DNA of 60,696 nt, filler included. It is 5 parts of 5 records of this genome, joined end to end, with 100 filler letters (N's around TTAATTAATTAA, not from the genome) between each part and the next. Parts side by side here need not be neighbours in the genome. Positions count along the whole stretch, not along the records: positions 45,449 to 55,251 come from SRR31156797_4088; positions 55,352 to 60,696 come from SRR31156797_4106; 3 more parts are not named here. The stretch is one strand, 5' to 3'. Shown one piece after another: positions 48,263 through 58,000 of this stretch. Below the pieces are notes generated by a model. The model was not told where the DNA came from. It saw nothing but the letters and a program-made list of their open reading frames with translations, and did no database searches. Each line of letters opens with the position of its first letter. The stretch's first letter is position 1. Position numbers and translations under genes: made by a program.

Positions 48263-51200
48263 ATGGAGTATATAGATTTAACTTTGAAAGAAGTGGGGGA
48301 AGATTCAGAGAAAGAGTATATTTTGAGCGATATTATAGATAAAAAAAATATTACGGTTATTTTAGGAGCTCCAGGGAGTGGAAAGAGTTCTATTTTAAAA
48401 AAATATCAACGTGAAAATGAGTTAACTGAGTTTCAAAGAATAGGAAAGTTTATTGAGTTAAATAAAAAACTAAAACCAAATACAAAGATTTTACTTTTAG
48501 ATGGGTTAGATGAATATAGAAGTTCTGAAAATAATAAGGGGCTTGTAATTGATAAATTGGCTTATAAAATTTCTGAGCTTATTGCTGAAAAGGAAGAATT
48601 AAAAGTTGCTATAACTTGTAGAGAGATGGATTGGTATGGAGAAAGTGATAAAGGTGCTTTGAGGGATGAACTCGAAGAAAAAGAAGTAAATATATGTAGA
48701 TTGCTTCCTTTGAGTTCTACTCAACAATATGAGTTAATAGAGTTATTGGCAATTGATAATAAAGAAGAATTTGTTAATAAATTTAATGGAAAAGGATTTC
48801 TTGAAAACCCTCAAATGCTAAAAATGTTAAGTAATATCTGGAAAGAAAGTAAAAAAGAGCTTTCTTCAAAATTTAACATTTATAATCAATTTTTATTATT
48901 AGGCAAAGAAAATAATAAAGAATCAAAAAATAGAATAAATTCTTTAGATGAAAAGTTAAGATGTAAAATAATTGGTTATTTAGCATTCTATACGATTTTT
49001 TCAGGTGAAGAAGAATTTAATGATCATACTATAGAAAAAATAATGGATATAGAAAACGGATATTCAAGAAAAAATCTTGAGTTAATGGTGAATACAAGTG
49101 TTTTTGCTGAGAAGAGATTTATTCATCGAACGATTGCAGAGTTTGCACTAGCTAAATACATAAAAAACTATAAACTAGATGATGAATGGAGTAAGACAAA
49201 AATTTTAAGCTTGTTTGTTAAAAATAATAGAATCCCGACAGAATTAAGAGGGACGTATGCGTGGCTTTGTGCAATAACGCAAGATGAAGAACTTTTTAAA
49301 GTTGATCCGTATTATCAAGCAATTCATGGCGATAATTCTATGTTTAGTCTCGAGAGTAAAAAGAGAATAATGTTATCTGTAAGAGAGTATTCAAAGGAAA
49401 ATCCTTATTTTTATGGCTGGGATCAAAGAATGGAATTGCATGGTTTTTATGAAATAGATATGGAAGACTTTTTAATAAATGAAATGAATACCGCTTTAAA
49501 ATTAAATAATCATTATATGTACTTTATAATGGAAATAATTTCTCAATCAACGATTCATACTAAAAAGATGATTGAGTTTATGAAGAAAATAATTTCCAAT
49601 TCAAATATTTATATGTTTATAAGAATGAATTTTTTAAGGAGTTTTGAAAAAAATATTCAGTATTTATTAAAGTTATTAGAGTTAATTATGAGTGGAGAAG
49701 TTGTTGATGAAGACGAAGAGTTGAAAGGGGTTTTGCTGGGGGTGTTGTATCCAGAGTATGTTTCAACTAAACAGATAGTTAAATATTTGGATTTTGAAAA
49801 TAAGGGAAAAATTAAATATACAGGTGTATATAGATTTTTAGATAAGACACCCTTCAAAAATAAATTTCAAGTAGTGGATTCAATTATTAAACATCATAAC
49901 TTAGAACCCGAAAATTTTCATTTAAATGTAAAAGTAGAATCATTTGTTAATGAATATTACTTAGAATTTTTAGTGAAAAAATATGAGGAAAAAAATTATA
50001 TAGAGATTTATGAATTTATTAAACATTTTAATTCATTTTATCCAGAATATTATAATATGGAATTTAGAGAAAAATACTCTTACAAAATAAAAAACAAAAA
50101 AAAGAAATTTAAAAAATTAGCAAATGAACTTTATAAACTGTTTTTAAAGGAAGCATTAGATAGATTTAATAGTGGAGAAAGAACAGATTTATATTGGAAT
50201 TTTAACCATTTTTATAATTTTACATATCCAGAAAATAAAGCAAATATATTAATTGAACAGATAAACCAAACTAGAAATAAAGAAGCAAATGAATTATTGT
50301 TTTGGCAAGCGGTTCATTATATTAATGAGGATCTAAAAATAAAAGAAAAATTGAATGAAGTATCAAAACTAATTAATAAAGAAAAAGAACTTGAAAACTG
50401 GTTAAATCCTCCAAAAGAAAAATGGCAAATCAGGGAAGAGAAAAGGGAAGAAATTAGACAATTAAAAACTAAAAAACTGATAAAAGAAAATGAAGAATAT
50501 ATTGCTAGTTTAAGTGAGAATGAAAAAGAAAATAGTTTAAGGATTCTAAGTTTTATAGCAGATTTTTATTATTTTGATGATGAAAAATGGGAAGAACAAA
50601 TTACGCAAGTAACTTTAAAAAAGTTGGAAATACTATTAGAAAGAATTATTTTTATAAAATCATCTTTGAATGAGTTTACAACAATGGATTCAATAATTTT
50701 AAATGGATTAGATGGATTTCGAAAAAGTGATAGAGTTTACTACTCATCATTAATTTTGAATAATGATTTACTAATTAGAGAAAAGTTAGAAAAAAATATT
50801 GAATTAAAAAAATATTTATATATTTTGTGTGTGTTAAATGAAAATAGTCCAAATAAAAATAAAGTTAGTTTTCATGAAAAATTAGAAAAAAAAGAAACTA
50901 AATTTGTAGAGATACTTTTAAAAGAATTCATAAAAAAATATCTTAATTGTTATATGAAAAAACATGGAAGGTTATTTTTCAACTATATTGAAAATGAATT
51001 TAATTTAGAAAGATTGAAAAGGCTTGTTACTTCTATGAGTTGTGAGTCGTATAAAAGATTTCTAGAAGTATTCTTAAATCTCTATGCATTTGACTTGAGA
51101 GTTGAAGATTTAAAGGAAATGAATGAATTGAAATTAGAAAATAAAAATATAGAAATGATTGTTTCTTTACTATTATTTAATCAAGATAGAAAAGAAGAAG

Positions 51201-52102
51201 TTAAACTAAAAAATGCTTCTAGACTTTATGATGCAATAGTTGGAGAATATTTTGAAGGGTTTTCGAATTTTAAGAAATTATCTTCTGAGAAAAGAGTTAA
51301 AGTTTTAAATTATTTAATGGATAATTTCAATACAGAAGAATTAACTGATTATAGAAGTACATGTGGAGATTTTTTAAAAAGAGGTGCTTTAGATTATTTG
51401 GCACTAGAAGAATTAAGAGAGCTTTTGAAATATTATGAAAATGATGAGAATATATGGAAGGACACAATTTTAAATCAAATAAGTAAATTAAAACAAAAAG
51501 AAAGTGATTTACAGCACGAACAGTTTTCAATTAAAAATTTGAAAGATTTTATTCTTCAAAATTCAATAATCTCAAAAGATAATTTCTTTGCTGAAGTTTG
51601 TGTTGGAATAAATAAGCTTAAAACTGAAATAGAAGATAATAGAAATAAAGAAAAAGAAGTTTTTTATCTGAAAAAAGAAGAAAAAAAAGATGGGAAAGTA
51701 ATAGAGAAAGCTGTTGGTAGAAGAGAAGAAGATTGCAGAGATATAATTTTTACTAGACTTAATGATAAGTTTGGAAAACATTGGGAAATAATTAAAGAAA
51801 AATACGAAGCAAATAACCGTGTTGATATTAATATTAAATATAAGAATAGCTTAGATTTTGAAGTTCAAATCGAATGTAAAGTGGATGATAATGCTGGTTT
51901 ATACGATGGAATAAATAATCAACTTATCGAAAAATATTTTTCATCTGATGTCCAATATGGAATATACTTAGTTTTCTATTTTGGAGATTTAAATCCGAAA
52001 GGACGATCGAATAAGGATAAAATGATAGAGAGATTAAAAAAACAAATTCCTGAAGAATATAAAGGGAATATTGAAGTTATTTGTATAAATTTGAAGAAAT
52101 AA
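48263..52102 (+). CDS. NACHT/STAND NTPase with C-terminal PD-(D/E)xK nuclease-like domain (NLR-like defence candidate)
   Basis: Walker A GAPGSGKS, Walker B LLLDGLDE, ITCR, NPQML, FIHRTIAEF; C-terminal EEDCRD..RVDI..IECK..NQL..Y..YGIYLVFYFG. Confidence 0.85.
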   Translation: MEYIDLTLKEVGEDSEKEYILSDIIDKKNITVILGAPGSGKSSILKKYQRENELTEFQRIGKFIELNKKLKPNTKILLLDGLDEYRSSENNKGLVIDKLAYKISELIAEKEELKVAITCREMDWYGESDKGALRDELEEKEVNICRLLPLSSTQQYELIELLAIDNKEEFVNKFNGKGFLENPQMLKMLSNIWKESKKELSSKFNIYNQFLLLGKENNKESKNRINSLDEKLRCKIIGYLAFYTIFSGEEEFNDHTIEKIMDIENGYSRKNLELMVNTSVFAEKRFIHRTIAEFALAKYIKNYKLDDEWSKTKILSLFVKNNRIPTELRGTYAWLCAITQDEELFKVDPYYQAIHGDNSMFSLESKKRIMLSVREYSKENPYFYGWDQRMELHGFYEIDMEDFLINEMNTALKLNNHYMYFIMEIISQSTIHTKKMIEFMKKIISNSNIYMFIRMNFLRSFEKNIQYLLKLLELIMSGEVVDEDEELKGVLLGVLYPEYVSTKQIVKYLDFENKGKIKYTGVYRFLDKTPFKNKFQVVDSIIKHHNLEPENFHLNVKVESFVNEYYLEFLVKKYEEKNYIEIYEFIKHFNSFYPEYYNMEFREKYSYKIKNKKKKFKKLANELYKLFLKEALDRFNSGERTDLYWNFNHFYNFTYPENKANILIEQINQTRNKEANELLFWQAVHYINEDLKIKEKLNEVSKLINKEKELENWLNPPKEKWQIREEKREEIRQLKTKKLIKENEEYIASLSENEKENSLRILSFIADFYYFDDEKWEEQITQVTLKKLEILLERIIFIKSSLNEFTTMDSIILNGLDGFRKSDRVYYSSLILNNDLLIREKLEKNIELKKYLYILCVLNENSPNKNKVSFHEKLEKKETKFVEILLKEFIKKYLNCYMKKHGRLFFNYIENEFNLERLKRLVTSMSCESYKRFLEVFLNLYAFDLRVEDLKEMNELKLENKNIEMIVSLLLFNQDRKEEVKLKNASRLYDAIVGEYFEGFSNFKKLSSEKRVKVLNYLMDNFNTEELTDYRSTCGDFLKRGALDYLALEELRELLKYYENDENIWKDTILNQISKLKQKESDLQHEQFSIKNLKDFILQNSIISKDNFFAEVCVGINKLKTEIEDNRNKEKEVFYLKKEEKKDGKVIEKAVGRREEDCRDIIFTRLNDKFGKHWEIIKEKYEANNRVDINIKYKNSLDFEVQIECKVDDNAGLYDGINNQLIEKYFSSDVQYGIYLVFYFGDLNPKGRSNKDKMIERLKKQIPEEYKGNIEVICINLKK

Positions 52103-52108
52103 TTAGCT

Positions 52109-52220
52109 GTAGGGGCAGGGTTCTCCTGCCCAAAACCTGCAATATAGATTAACACAATAAGAAAATATATTTATTATTTTATGTCTCCAATAAAATTGGG
52201 TAGGAGGACCCTACCCCTAC
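52109..52220. repeat. REPIN copy 2 (inverted pair of GTAG-type REPs)
   Basis: GTAGGGGCAGGGTTCTCCTGCCC ... GGGTAGGAGGACCCTACCCCTAC; spacer AAAACCTGCAATATAGATTAA..TATGTCTCCAATAAAAT shared with copy 1. Confidence 0.9.
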
Positions 52221-52397
52221 AAAAATATCAAGTTGTATTTTTTAATTAGTTAATGAAAAAATACAGGTAAAGCATTAAAAAACCATTTTAAATCTCTTTG
52301 ATTAATCATATTAAAACTAGTATATTTTTTATCCGTTGAAAATCGCTTGTGATAATGTTAAAATTTTAAATAAACTATAAATTATAGGTGGAAAATA

Positions 52398-52931
52398 ATG
52401 AAATATAATCCAGATATTTATAAGAGAAAATCAATTAGATTAAAAGGGTATGACTATTCACAGTCGGGAATGTATTTTATAACAATTTGTACATATAATA
52501 GCGAAAAAATATTTGGAAGAATAATGAATGGTTCGGCAGGGTCTTCCTGCACAGAACCTACAATGCGAATTAACAAAGTAGGAAACATTATAGTTAATGA
52601 AATTAATGCTTTGAAAAATAAATATAATTCAATTGTTATAGATGAGTTTGTAATAATGCCAAATCATATTCATTTTATATTAGAATTAAAAAACACCCAA
52701 ACGGGACAGGAAAATCCTGCCCCTACAATTGGAAATATCATAGGATATTTTAAATTCATAACGACGAAAAAATATAATGAAATCTTAGGAATTAAAACAG
52801 AAAAATATGCAAAATTATGGCAACGTAATTATTATGATAATATTATTCGTAATGAAGAAACATACATAAAAGTTTCAAATTATATTGAAACAAATCCCTT
52901 AAAATGGAAAGAAGATAAATATTTCGACTAA
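52398..52931 (+). mobile_element. REP-associated tyrosine transposase (RAYT, Y1 HUH family)
   Basis: RKSIRLKGYDYSQSGMYFITICT, MPNHIH (HUH), LWQRNYYDNIIR, YIETNP (catalytic Tyr); adjacent to GTAG REPs. Confidence 0.92.
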
Positions 52932-52935
52932 AATA

Positions 52936-53841
52936 CTAATCCATCTTCCACATAATAAACTCCCTCACATCCTCTAACATTTTCGGACTAACTCTGGTAG
53001 AATTTGGCTCTCTAATCGCATGTCCTCCGGCAGGATATACAGAATAACTTAAGTGATTATTATCTATTTCCTCTATTCTCGTGATACTCTGCTCAACAGA
53101 TATATTTTTATCACCTTCACCAAAAGTTAAAAATACAGGAATTTTTATTTTTTTCCAGATTGGAAATGGATCAAAATTCATGTGAGCTTTTACCCAAGGT
53201 TTTGTACTTATAATTTTTGCACTGATTGGTGCTATCAACTTAGCTATCCATGTATAAGTGTATGGAGCTATATTATGTATCTCTTCATATTGAAGTTGCT
53301 CGTTTGTTGTTACAGTCGCCCCTGATATTGAGACGATAAATGATACATCATCTGTCTTGGATGCTGTAAGCGGAGCTATCCATCCACCTTGACTCATTCC
53401 AACTATACCTATTTTACTATAGTTGATGCTTTGATCATTTTTTACATACTCAATAGCTGCTATAGTATCATTAGCAAGCGTATCAAAATCTGCACCTATC
53501 CACTCACCTTCTGATTTTTCACTACCTCTTTTATCCGGTAGGATTACTCCTATACCATTTGCCTGCAAATATTCAGCTATTGCTAGATACCACGAGTTCC
53601 CTCTGAAACTAGGGCCTGAACCATGAATGATTATCGCCATAGGAAAACTATCTGTGTTCTCAGGGATAAATTTCATACCAGCTAATTTGATATTATCTAC
53701 CGAGTTATAAAATGTAATCTCCTCATATTTCAAATCCTTCAATTCACTACTTTCGATTCCTAATCTGCTTCTGTCTTTGTAAATTAATGGTGTTACTAGT
53801 ATTGCGCTAATTACTGCAATAAAGATTAATATTTTCTTCAT
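52936..53841 (-). CDS. Exported alpha/beta hydrolase (S9-like)
   Basis: IIHGSG, DKRG, GMSQGG nucleophile elbow, GEGD, GGH; N-terminal signal/TM. Confidence 0.9.
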   Translation of the reverse strand: MKKILIFIAVISAILVTPLIYKDRSRLGIESSELKDLKYEEITFYNSVDNIKLAGMKFIPENTDSFPMAIIIHGSGPSFRGNSWYLAIAEYLQANGIGVILPDKRGSEKSEGEWIGADFDTLANDTIAAIEYVKNDQSINYSKIGIVGMSQGGWIAPLTASKTDDVSFIVSISGATVTTNEQLQYEEIHNIAPYTYTWIAKLIAPISAKIISTKPWVKAHMNFDPFPIWKKIKIPVFLTFGEGDKNISVEQSITRIEEIDNNHLSYSVYPAGGHAIREPNSTRVSPKMLEDVREFIMWKMD

Positions 53842-53866
53842 TTTTACTCTCCTTATATATATTTTT

Positions 53867-53973
53867 AAAGTCAAAATGATTCAATTTGACTTTGCTCTAA
53901 AAATATTCTATATATTTTTTAAAATCAAATTGAATCATTTTGGTTTTGCTCTAAAAAATATTCTATATATTTT
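53867..53973. repeat. Tandem duplication of about 54 bp with inverted palindromic core
   Basis: Both units end TTTGCTCTAAAAA(A)TATTCTATATATTTT. Core CAAAATGATTCAATTTG in unit 1 is the exact reverse complement of CAAATTGAATCATTTTG in unit 2. Confidence 0.75.
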
Positions 53974-54044
53974 ATTTGTTTCTTTCTTGATACGATATTA
54001 CCAGTATGAATTTTTAATGTAAATGGGAAAAAGGTATCAAAAAA

Positions 54045-54084
54045 CAAAAAAACTCAAATAGTACCATAGTACTACTTGAGTTTT
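54045..54084 (-). terminator. Intrinsic terminator of luxR-type gene
   Basis: Minus strand AAAACTCAAGTAGTAC / GTACTATTTGAGTTTT followed by a T run. Confidence 0.65.
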
Positions 54085-54095
54085 ATACATTGATT

Positions 54096-54986
54096 TTATT
54101 GGATAAAAAGATGTATCATCTCAAATCTTGATTTTATATCAAATTTTCTATAGATATTATATATATGATTCTTAACAGTTCTTTCTGATATAAATAATGT
54201 TTCGCTTATATCTCTATTGCTCTTTCCAAGTAGTATTAGCTCAACTATTTCTTTTTCTCTTTTACTAATTTTATATTTCTCAAGTAATGAATCCTTATTA
54301 GAGTAAAAGTTTTTGTCTTTATTCGAAACGAACTTTATGAAAAAGAAGTAGATCAGGAAATTACTAAGTATAAAATAGAATATAGGCAGTGAATTTAAGC
54401 TAAAACCTCTAAAAATTCGATCATTTATAAAAATAATCAGAAAAAAAGATATAATCATCCATATTGCTTTTAATAATTTTTTCTGAATATCATTCCGAAG
54501 ATTTTTATATTTATATGCGAAAAGGACACAGTTAACTCCTATAGTTATAATTAATATCCAACTAACAATACTATACCAGAAATGCTGATCGAAGGATTCT
54601 GATAAAAAAGAGTAGATGACTATAATAATCGGTATCGTTGATATAAAAAATAGAGTTCTCATGCTTAATTTAGAGATCTCTTCATAAAAAAGTAATAATA
54701 CCGTTTTGGTAATAAAAAATATAATAAACGCTATAGAGATCAAATCTACATAAAAAATTACAGGTATTGGCTGATATGGGTTCTTTAGAATATCATGTAG
54801 GAAAAAATCTATAAATTGCATAAAACACATTGCTGTTAAAGCGAAATATGTAAAGGAAAAAGATAAAAGTATAGAATTCCTAAATTTGATTATACTAAAA
54901 AGCATAGTAAATACAACTGCAAAACCCGGAAGTATACTAATAAAATAGCAGAAAAATTCAAAATAATTAAAAGTTGTTAAATTCAT
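54096..54986 (-). CDS. Membrane-bound LuxR-family transcriptional regulator
   Basis: About 7 TM helices, then ISKREKEIVELILLGKSNRDISETLFISERTVKNHIYNIYRK. Confidence 0.9.
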   Translation of the reverse strand: MNLTTFNYFEFFCYFISILPGFAVVFTMLFSIIKFRNSILLSFSFTYFALTAMCFMQFIDFFLHDILKNPYQPIPVIFYVDLISIAFIIFFITKTVLLLFYEEISKLSMRTLFFISTIPIIIVIYSFLSESFDQHFWYSIVSWILIITIGVNCVLFAYKYKNLRNDIQKKLLKAIWMIISFFLIIFINDRIFRGFSLNSLPIFYFILSNFLIYFFFIKFVSNKDKNFYSNKDSLLEKYKISKREKEIVELILLGKSNRDISETLFISERTVKNHIYNIYRKFDIKSRFEMIHLFIQ

Positions 54987-55115
54987 ATCAACCCTCCTAT
55001 CGATTGGGATACTAATGTTATTATACTATACACGAGTGTATAAATGCAAAATAGCCTTAATGAGGAAAAAACTATAAAAAAGTGGTTTTTCACTTAAAAA
55101 AATTAGATTATCCTC

Positions 55116-55146
55116 TTGACTTCAAGTGCACTTGAAGTACTATAAT
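55116..55146 (+). promoter_or_regulatory. MerR-family-type promoter with 19-bp spacer and dyad operator
   Basis: TTGACT-19 nt-TATAAT containing the perfect dyad ACTTCAAG-TGCA-CTTGAAGT. Confidence 0.8.
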
Positions 55147-55251
55147 CCAAATAAATGATTTCACTAAAGGAAGAGCAGCTGTGATTGCATCCCCTATGCA
55201 ATTCACATTAATAATTTTTTTCAATTTATAATGATGTGCGTAAATTTTGGC

Positions 55252-55351
55252 NNNNNNNNNNNNNNNNNNNNNNNNNNNNNNNNNNNNNNNNNNNNTTAAT
55301 TAATTAANNNNNNNNNNNNNNNNNNNNNNNNNNNNNNNNNNNNNNNNNNNN
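55252..55351. other. Artificial contig linker
   Basis: N44-TTAATTAATTAA-N44. Confidence 0.99.
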
Positions 55352-56674
55352 GGTTGTGAAAAAGGGTTCGAAAATATGCTCGACGTGTTCAGGGGAAATC
55401 CCCGATCCGGTATCCTCGATTGTAATGATCACGCGATCTTTGGACGCGGATTCCTTGGTTGTAATGGTGATTGTCCCATCCCCGTACATCGCCTGGGCCG
55501 CATTGATAATCAAATTCATGAACACATGGCCCAATTGCTGGCTGTCCGCCATGACCAGGGGAAGAAACGGTGCCTTTTTTTTGTTCACGGTGATGTTGTG
55601 AAAAAGCGTCTGGTTTTCAATTAAAAAAAGCGTCTGGTCGATGGCATGATTGATATTCAACGGCTTCATAAAATGTCGCGTCTGCCGCGAAAATTCAAGT
55701 AGCTCCTTTACCGTGTCCCTGCACCGCTGGGCATCTTTCAAAATTCGGTATAAATCTTCCTTGGCTCCCTCTTCAAGGTCATAATCTTCCAGCATCAACT
55801 TGGTGTAAAGCGTGATTCCCCCCAAAGGGTTGTTCAGCTGGTGGGCCACCCCTGCGGCCAGTTTACCCAAAGAGGCCATCTTTTCCGACTGGATCAGTTG
55901 AAGTTGGGTGGCTTCCAGTTTTTTCTGGATATGAATCCGTTCTCTCAGATCATGAAAAAAACCGATGGATCCGGCTTCTTCGCCGTTTTCGTCATAGATG
56001 ATGGAAGCGTAAAGACTGATGGGAATGACTTTCCCGTTTTTTCCCCGGGCTTTGATCCGATATTTTTTCAACTTCCCTTTGCCGCCATGGTCATCGCTTC
56101 TCAGTTTGCCCATGATCTCTTTGGCAATACCTTTATCATACATATCGACAATGTTAAGATGATCCAACGCCTCTTCAACGGAATACCCCGTTACTTCGGC
56201 AGCAGCATCGTTAAAAATGACGATTTTTCCTGTCATGTCCGCAGCCATTACACTGTCACAGGCACTTTGCAGCAGATTGTATAGAAACCGGTTGGCCTGC
56301 CTTAATTCTTCCTCCAGCCCCTCCAAGGCAGGAAATTCAAAAGCGAAAACTGCGACGACGTTACGCTCTTCTTCGTCAGGAACAGGATAGGCGTAAAGAC
56401 AGGCTCTTTTTTGTTTGCTCAGGTTCTCAGAGGAAAGATCTCGAAGAGAGGGTTTACCCGTGGCGACCACCTTTTTAACGGGGCACTTGTCGCACGGTTC
56501 TTTCCGGCCATAAAAGGATTTGTAGCAATACGTTCCTGCAGGGGAGGTCTGACGGTTGTTGTCATCCGTTCCGGCGAAGGAGAGAATAACATACTCATCG
56601 GAAATGACGACGATTTTTCTATTGAACGCATCCAGTGCCTTTAGAAGAAGGTTTCGTTCTTTTTCCGTACGCAT
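55352..56674 (-). CDS. PAS-domain sensor histidine kinase (NtrB-type), 3' truncated
   Basis: Cys-containing PAS-like N-terminus, PAS, EKMASLGKLAAGVAHQLNNP H-box, N box NLIINA, DTGSGI, IFEPFFTT. Confidence 0.92.
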
Positions 56675-56800
56675 CGTGCCTCCAAAATGAGAATTACCCA
56701 ATCATTTCCTGACAATTCCGTCGCGCGATTAAAAGACAGATTTTTTACATTGTCAACAGGTATAGCGTTAAATTCAAGGGCAACCGGAATTGTCCCTCCT

Positions 56801-57100
56801 TTATCCTTTAGACGTAAGCGCTTTCAGATAGTCTTCCCACTCCATGGGCAACAGTTGTTTTTTTTTGGTGTTACAGGGCTTGCAGGCCGGAACCACGTTG
56901 CCTTTCGTGCTTTTGCCTCCCCTTGCCAAGGGGACCACATGGTCCATGGTCAACTCGCCCGCCGGCACGGACTGACCACAGTAATGGCAGCTGCCTTTTG
57001 CACACCGCCTTTTCCACCATTGGGATTGGCGAAGCTCCCTGGCGATACGGCGTTCCCGCTTCAGGTCACTGTCATCCCAATCATAGGCAAAGGGTTTCAT
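56801..57100 (-). CDS. Small HNH endonuclease
   Basis: [18 protein letters not shown]...[14 protein letters not shown] overlap with upstream gene. Confidence 0.88.
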   Translation of the reverse strand: MKPFAYDWDDSDLKRERRIARELRQSQWWKRRCAKGSCHYCGQSVPAGELTMDHVVPLARGGKSTKGNVVPACKPCNTKKKQLLPMEWEDYLKALTSKG

Positions 57101-57963
57101 CCTTGTTCTCCTGCATGTTGACGGAACGGCAAATTTCGCTTTTCCAGCCAACGGTCTATTTGTGTCTGAAGCATGCGATAAAACGCTTTCGATCCACCAA
57201 GTCCTGTCCTTCCAAAAAAATAGTTGATTTCTAAAAGCAGGGGGTGTGGGTATGTTCCATCGGGGTCGTTTTCATTGAAAAGAATATCGAACCCGGCAAG
57301 ATTAACCTTCGTCTGCAGACAAAAATCGCGGACAACCGAACATCCTTTTTGCCGAAGCAAAAAATCCAATTCACTATCAATGACAGCCCCCTTTGCTACA
57401 CTGGTGCCGAAGGCTTTCGGATCGTTTTGAATCCGCCAATAGGCCTTAAGGGTCTCTCCGACCACAACGACCCGCAATGTCCGGTGCCCGCCGGGGATAT
57501 ACGTCTGGAGGATAAATCCCATCTGGCCGGTTCGCTCATAGGCTTTCACCTTGGTCAAAACCATTTTTAGATCGGACGAATTGTTGATCAAAAAAACCGT
57601 ATCTCCTTCTCCACCCCAATCTAATTTTAAAACCAGGGGAAACCCTTCTTCAACGGCCTCTTGCCCGAAACGGGTGAACGCAGTTGAATTTTCAAAAATC
57701 CATGTACGTGGATGAGGCGCTTTTAATGTTTGAAACAATCGGGCCTGGCCTGTCTTTCCGGGGTATTGAAAACGGACGTCGTAATCGGGAAAAACGTTGC
57801 AACAAGCCTTCTTGGCCATGTGATAGAGCGGTTCGGGACAACCCTGAGGAAGAATAACCGCATCTGCTTTACGGATTGCACACAGATCATCATCATCCGG
57901 CTGCCGACCGGCACAAAGAAGGTTTTTGTCCGCCTCGTAAATTGGATGGTAGGAAAGAATCAT
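57097..57963 (-). CDS. RimK-like ATP-grasp protein
   Basis: [31 protein letters not shown]. Confidence 0.8.
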   Translation of the reverse strand: MILSYHPIYEADKNLLCAGRQPDDDDLCAIRKADAVILPQGCPEPLYHMAKKACCNVFPDYDVRFQYPGKTGQARLFQTLKAPHPRTWIFENSTAFTRFGQEAVEEGFPLVLKLDWGGEGDTVFLINNSSDLKMVLTKVKAYERTGQMGFILQTYIPGGHRTLRVVVVGETLKAYWRIQNDPKAFGTSVAKGAVIDSELDFLLRQKGCSVVRDFCLQTKVNLAGFDILFNENDPDGTYPHPLLLEINYFFGRTGLGGSKAFYRMLQTQIDRWLEKRNLPFRQHAGEQG

Positions 57964-58000
57964 GATGAATTCATACCTGCATTCTTCACAAACGAAGAGG

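Noticed and set aside
48017-52220. REP repeats as a CRISPR array or IS terminal inverted repeats
   Set aside because: Only paired inverted units 4 kb apart, with no spacer array, cas gene or DDE transposase; they fit GTAG REPs.
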